Origin: Pristiophorus japonicus
Lineage: Eukaryota
Direction: 5' to 3'
Assembly (NCBI RefSeq): GCF_044704955.1
Contig: NC_091995.1
Span: 37,758,001 to 37,822,000 of the forward strand
Length of the DNA: 64,000 bases
The position numbers and the translations under genes were made by a program. This document shows positions 63,142 through 64,000 of the stretch, one piece after another. The notes beneath the pieces are model-generated. The model was not told where the DNA came from. It did not search any database and saw only the letters and a program-made list of their open reading frames with translations. Within the stretch, counting starts at the first letter, position 1. Every line of letters begins with the position of its first letter.

Positions 63142-63782
63142 TGTTAGTGTTCGTGTTTTATCAGAAGAATCACTCAACACTCAGAGTCGGTTCCAATGCC
63201 AATGCGGCCTTTATTAACGCCAGCGGGGGGGAGGAAGCCTCAGGACTGGATCCAGGCACTTCACTCCACAGAACAAAGGGTTTCATGGATCTTTATATGT
63301 TTTACAACAGTTTACTACAGTTACATACAACAGTTTACTACAGTTACATTAGACCAATAGATAGAGTTAGTCTCTAAACGTAAAGTGGCTCTTGTGTTGC
63401 CAAGAGATGTGTTGCTAAGAGATGTGTTGCTAAGAGGTGTGTTGCTAGGAACGACTCATATTCCAGGCCGTCCTTTATCTTACTGTCCTTGGGTGCTGTC
63501 TTTGGTAGCCTCCTTATCTTGATCCTGTTACAGAGTCGTATTGTCCTTACTTCCACCAGAACATTTAGTCCTGAGGCCTGGCTGATTAAAGACACCTGCA
63601 GAATTTGCTTGTTATTCCTGTGTGTGGGAAACACCAATTATTAGTTTCCAGGAATGTGGTCTAATTCAGCTAACAGAAATCCCTTAAGGCTTCACTGGTA
63701 GCCATTTTATGATTCAAGTTACATATAGTTCTAACCTTATACAAAAGGTGCCGTTGCCCTCGGGTGCCTATTGCCTACAACA
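63142..63782 (-). repeat. 5' LTR
   Basis: Direct repeat of 57566-58190 with one extra 15-bp unit; flanked by TSD atgg at 63783-63786. Confidence 0.95.
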
Positions 63783-64000
63783 ATGGGATCCTGCAGGTCA
63801 CTGATGAAGCGATAGCAGAAGTGCAGATCTCCAGGTTGCGCAGAACCACTGCCCCTGCAGTTTCCTCTGCCCACTGCCCAGGACTTCCCAGCAATGCGGC
63901 AGGACTGTAGCAGATCTGCAGCATTAGCTGACTACAGATAACAGTGGTTCGCCTCTATTTATAAACATCAGGAGTGAATTGTTCACTTTTACCCGCTGTG

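Larger units (their letters stand above)
57566..63782 (-). mobile_element. Env-bearing, pol-less endogenous LTR element (lokiretrovirus-like)
   Basis: LTRs 57566-58190 and 63142-63782 (TG...CA, ~32 substitutions plus 2 indels counted by eye); 4-bp TSD atgg; tRNA-Ser PBS; PPT; env pseudo-ORF; no PR/RT/IN motif seen in the 4.95-kb interior. Confidence 0.92.

Overview
Eukaryotic, repeat-dense genomic DNA. The host is probably a cartilaginous fish (inferred from the CR1/SINE/Penelope repeat types). No intact protein-coding gene is present. 1-14.5 kb is a degenerate ~31-bp satellite array with a polarity switch near 1.84 kb, a related ~30-32-bp sub-family and LINE insertions. 14.5-57.5 kb is a patchwork of CR1 LINEs, three Gypsy LTR retrotransposons, solo LTRs, SINEs and a MITE. 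These sit in and around a 5'-truncated, multiply disabled complement C4-like pseudogene (ten recognisable exons, 21992-50576, + strand). The most unusual object is a 6.2-kb minus-strand LTR element at 57566-63782. It has ~95%-identical LTRs, a 4-bp TSD, a perfect tRNA-Ser PBS, a PPT and splice signals, but no recognisable pol. It carries a ~700-codon disrupted env resembling a paramyxo/pneumovirus F-type class I fusogen (lokiretrovirus-like), preceded by an intact 50-aa single-pass membrane ORF. All identities and protein similarities were judged by eye or from memory, not by database search, and repeat boundaries are approximate unless a TSD is given.
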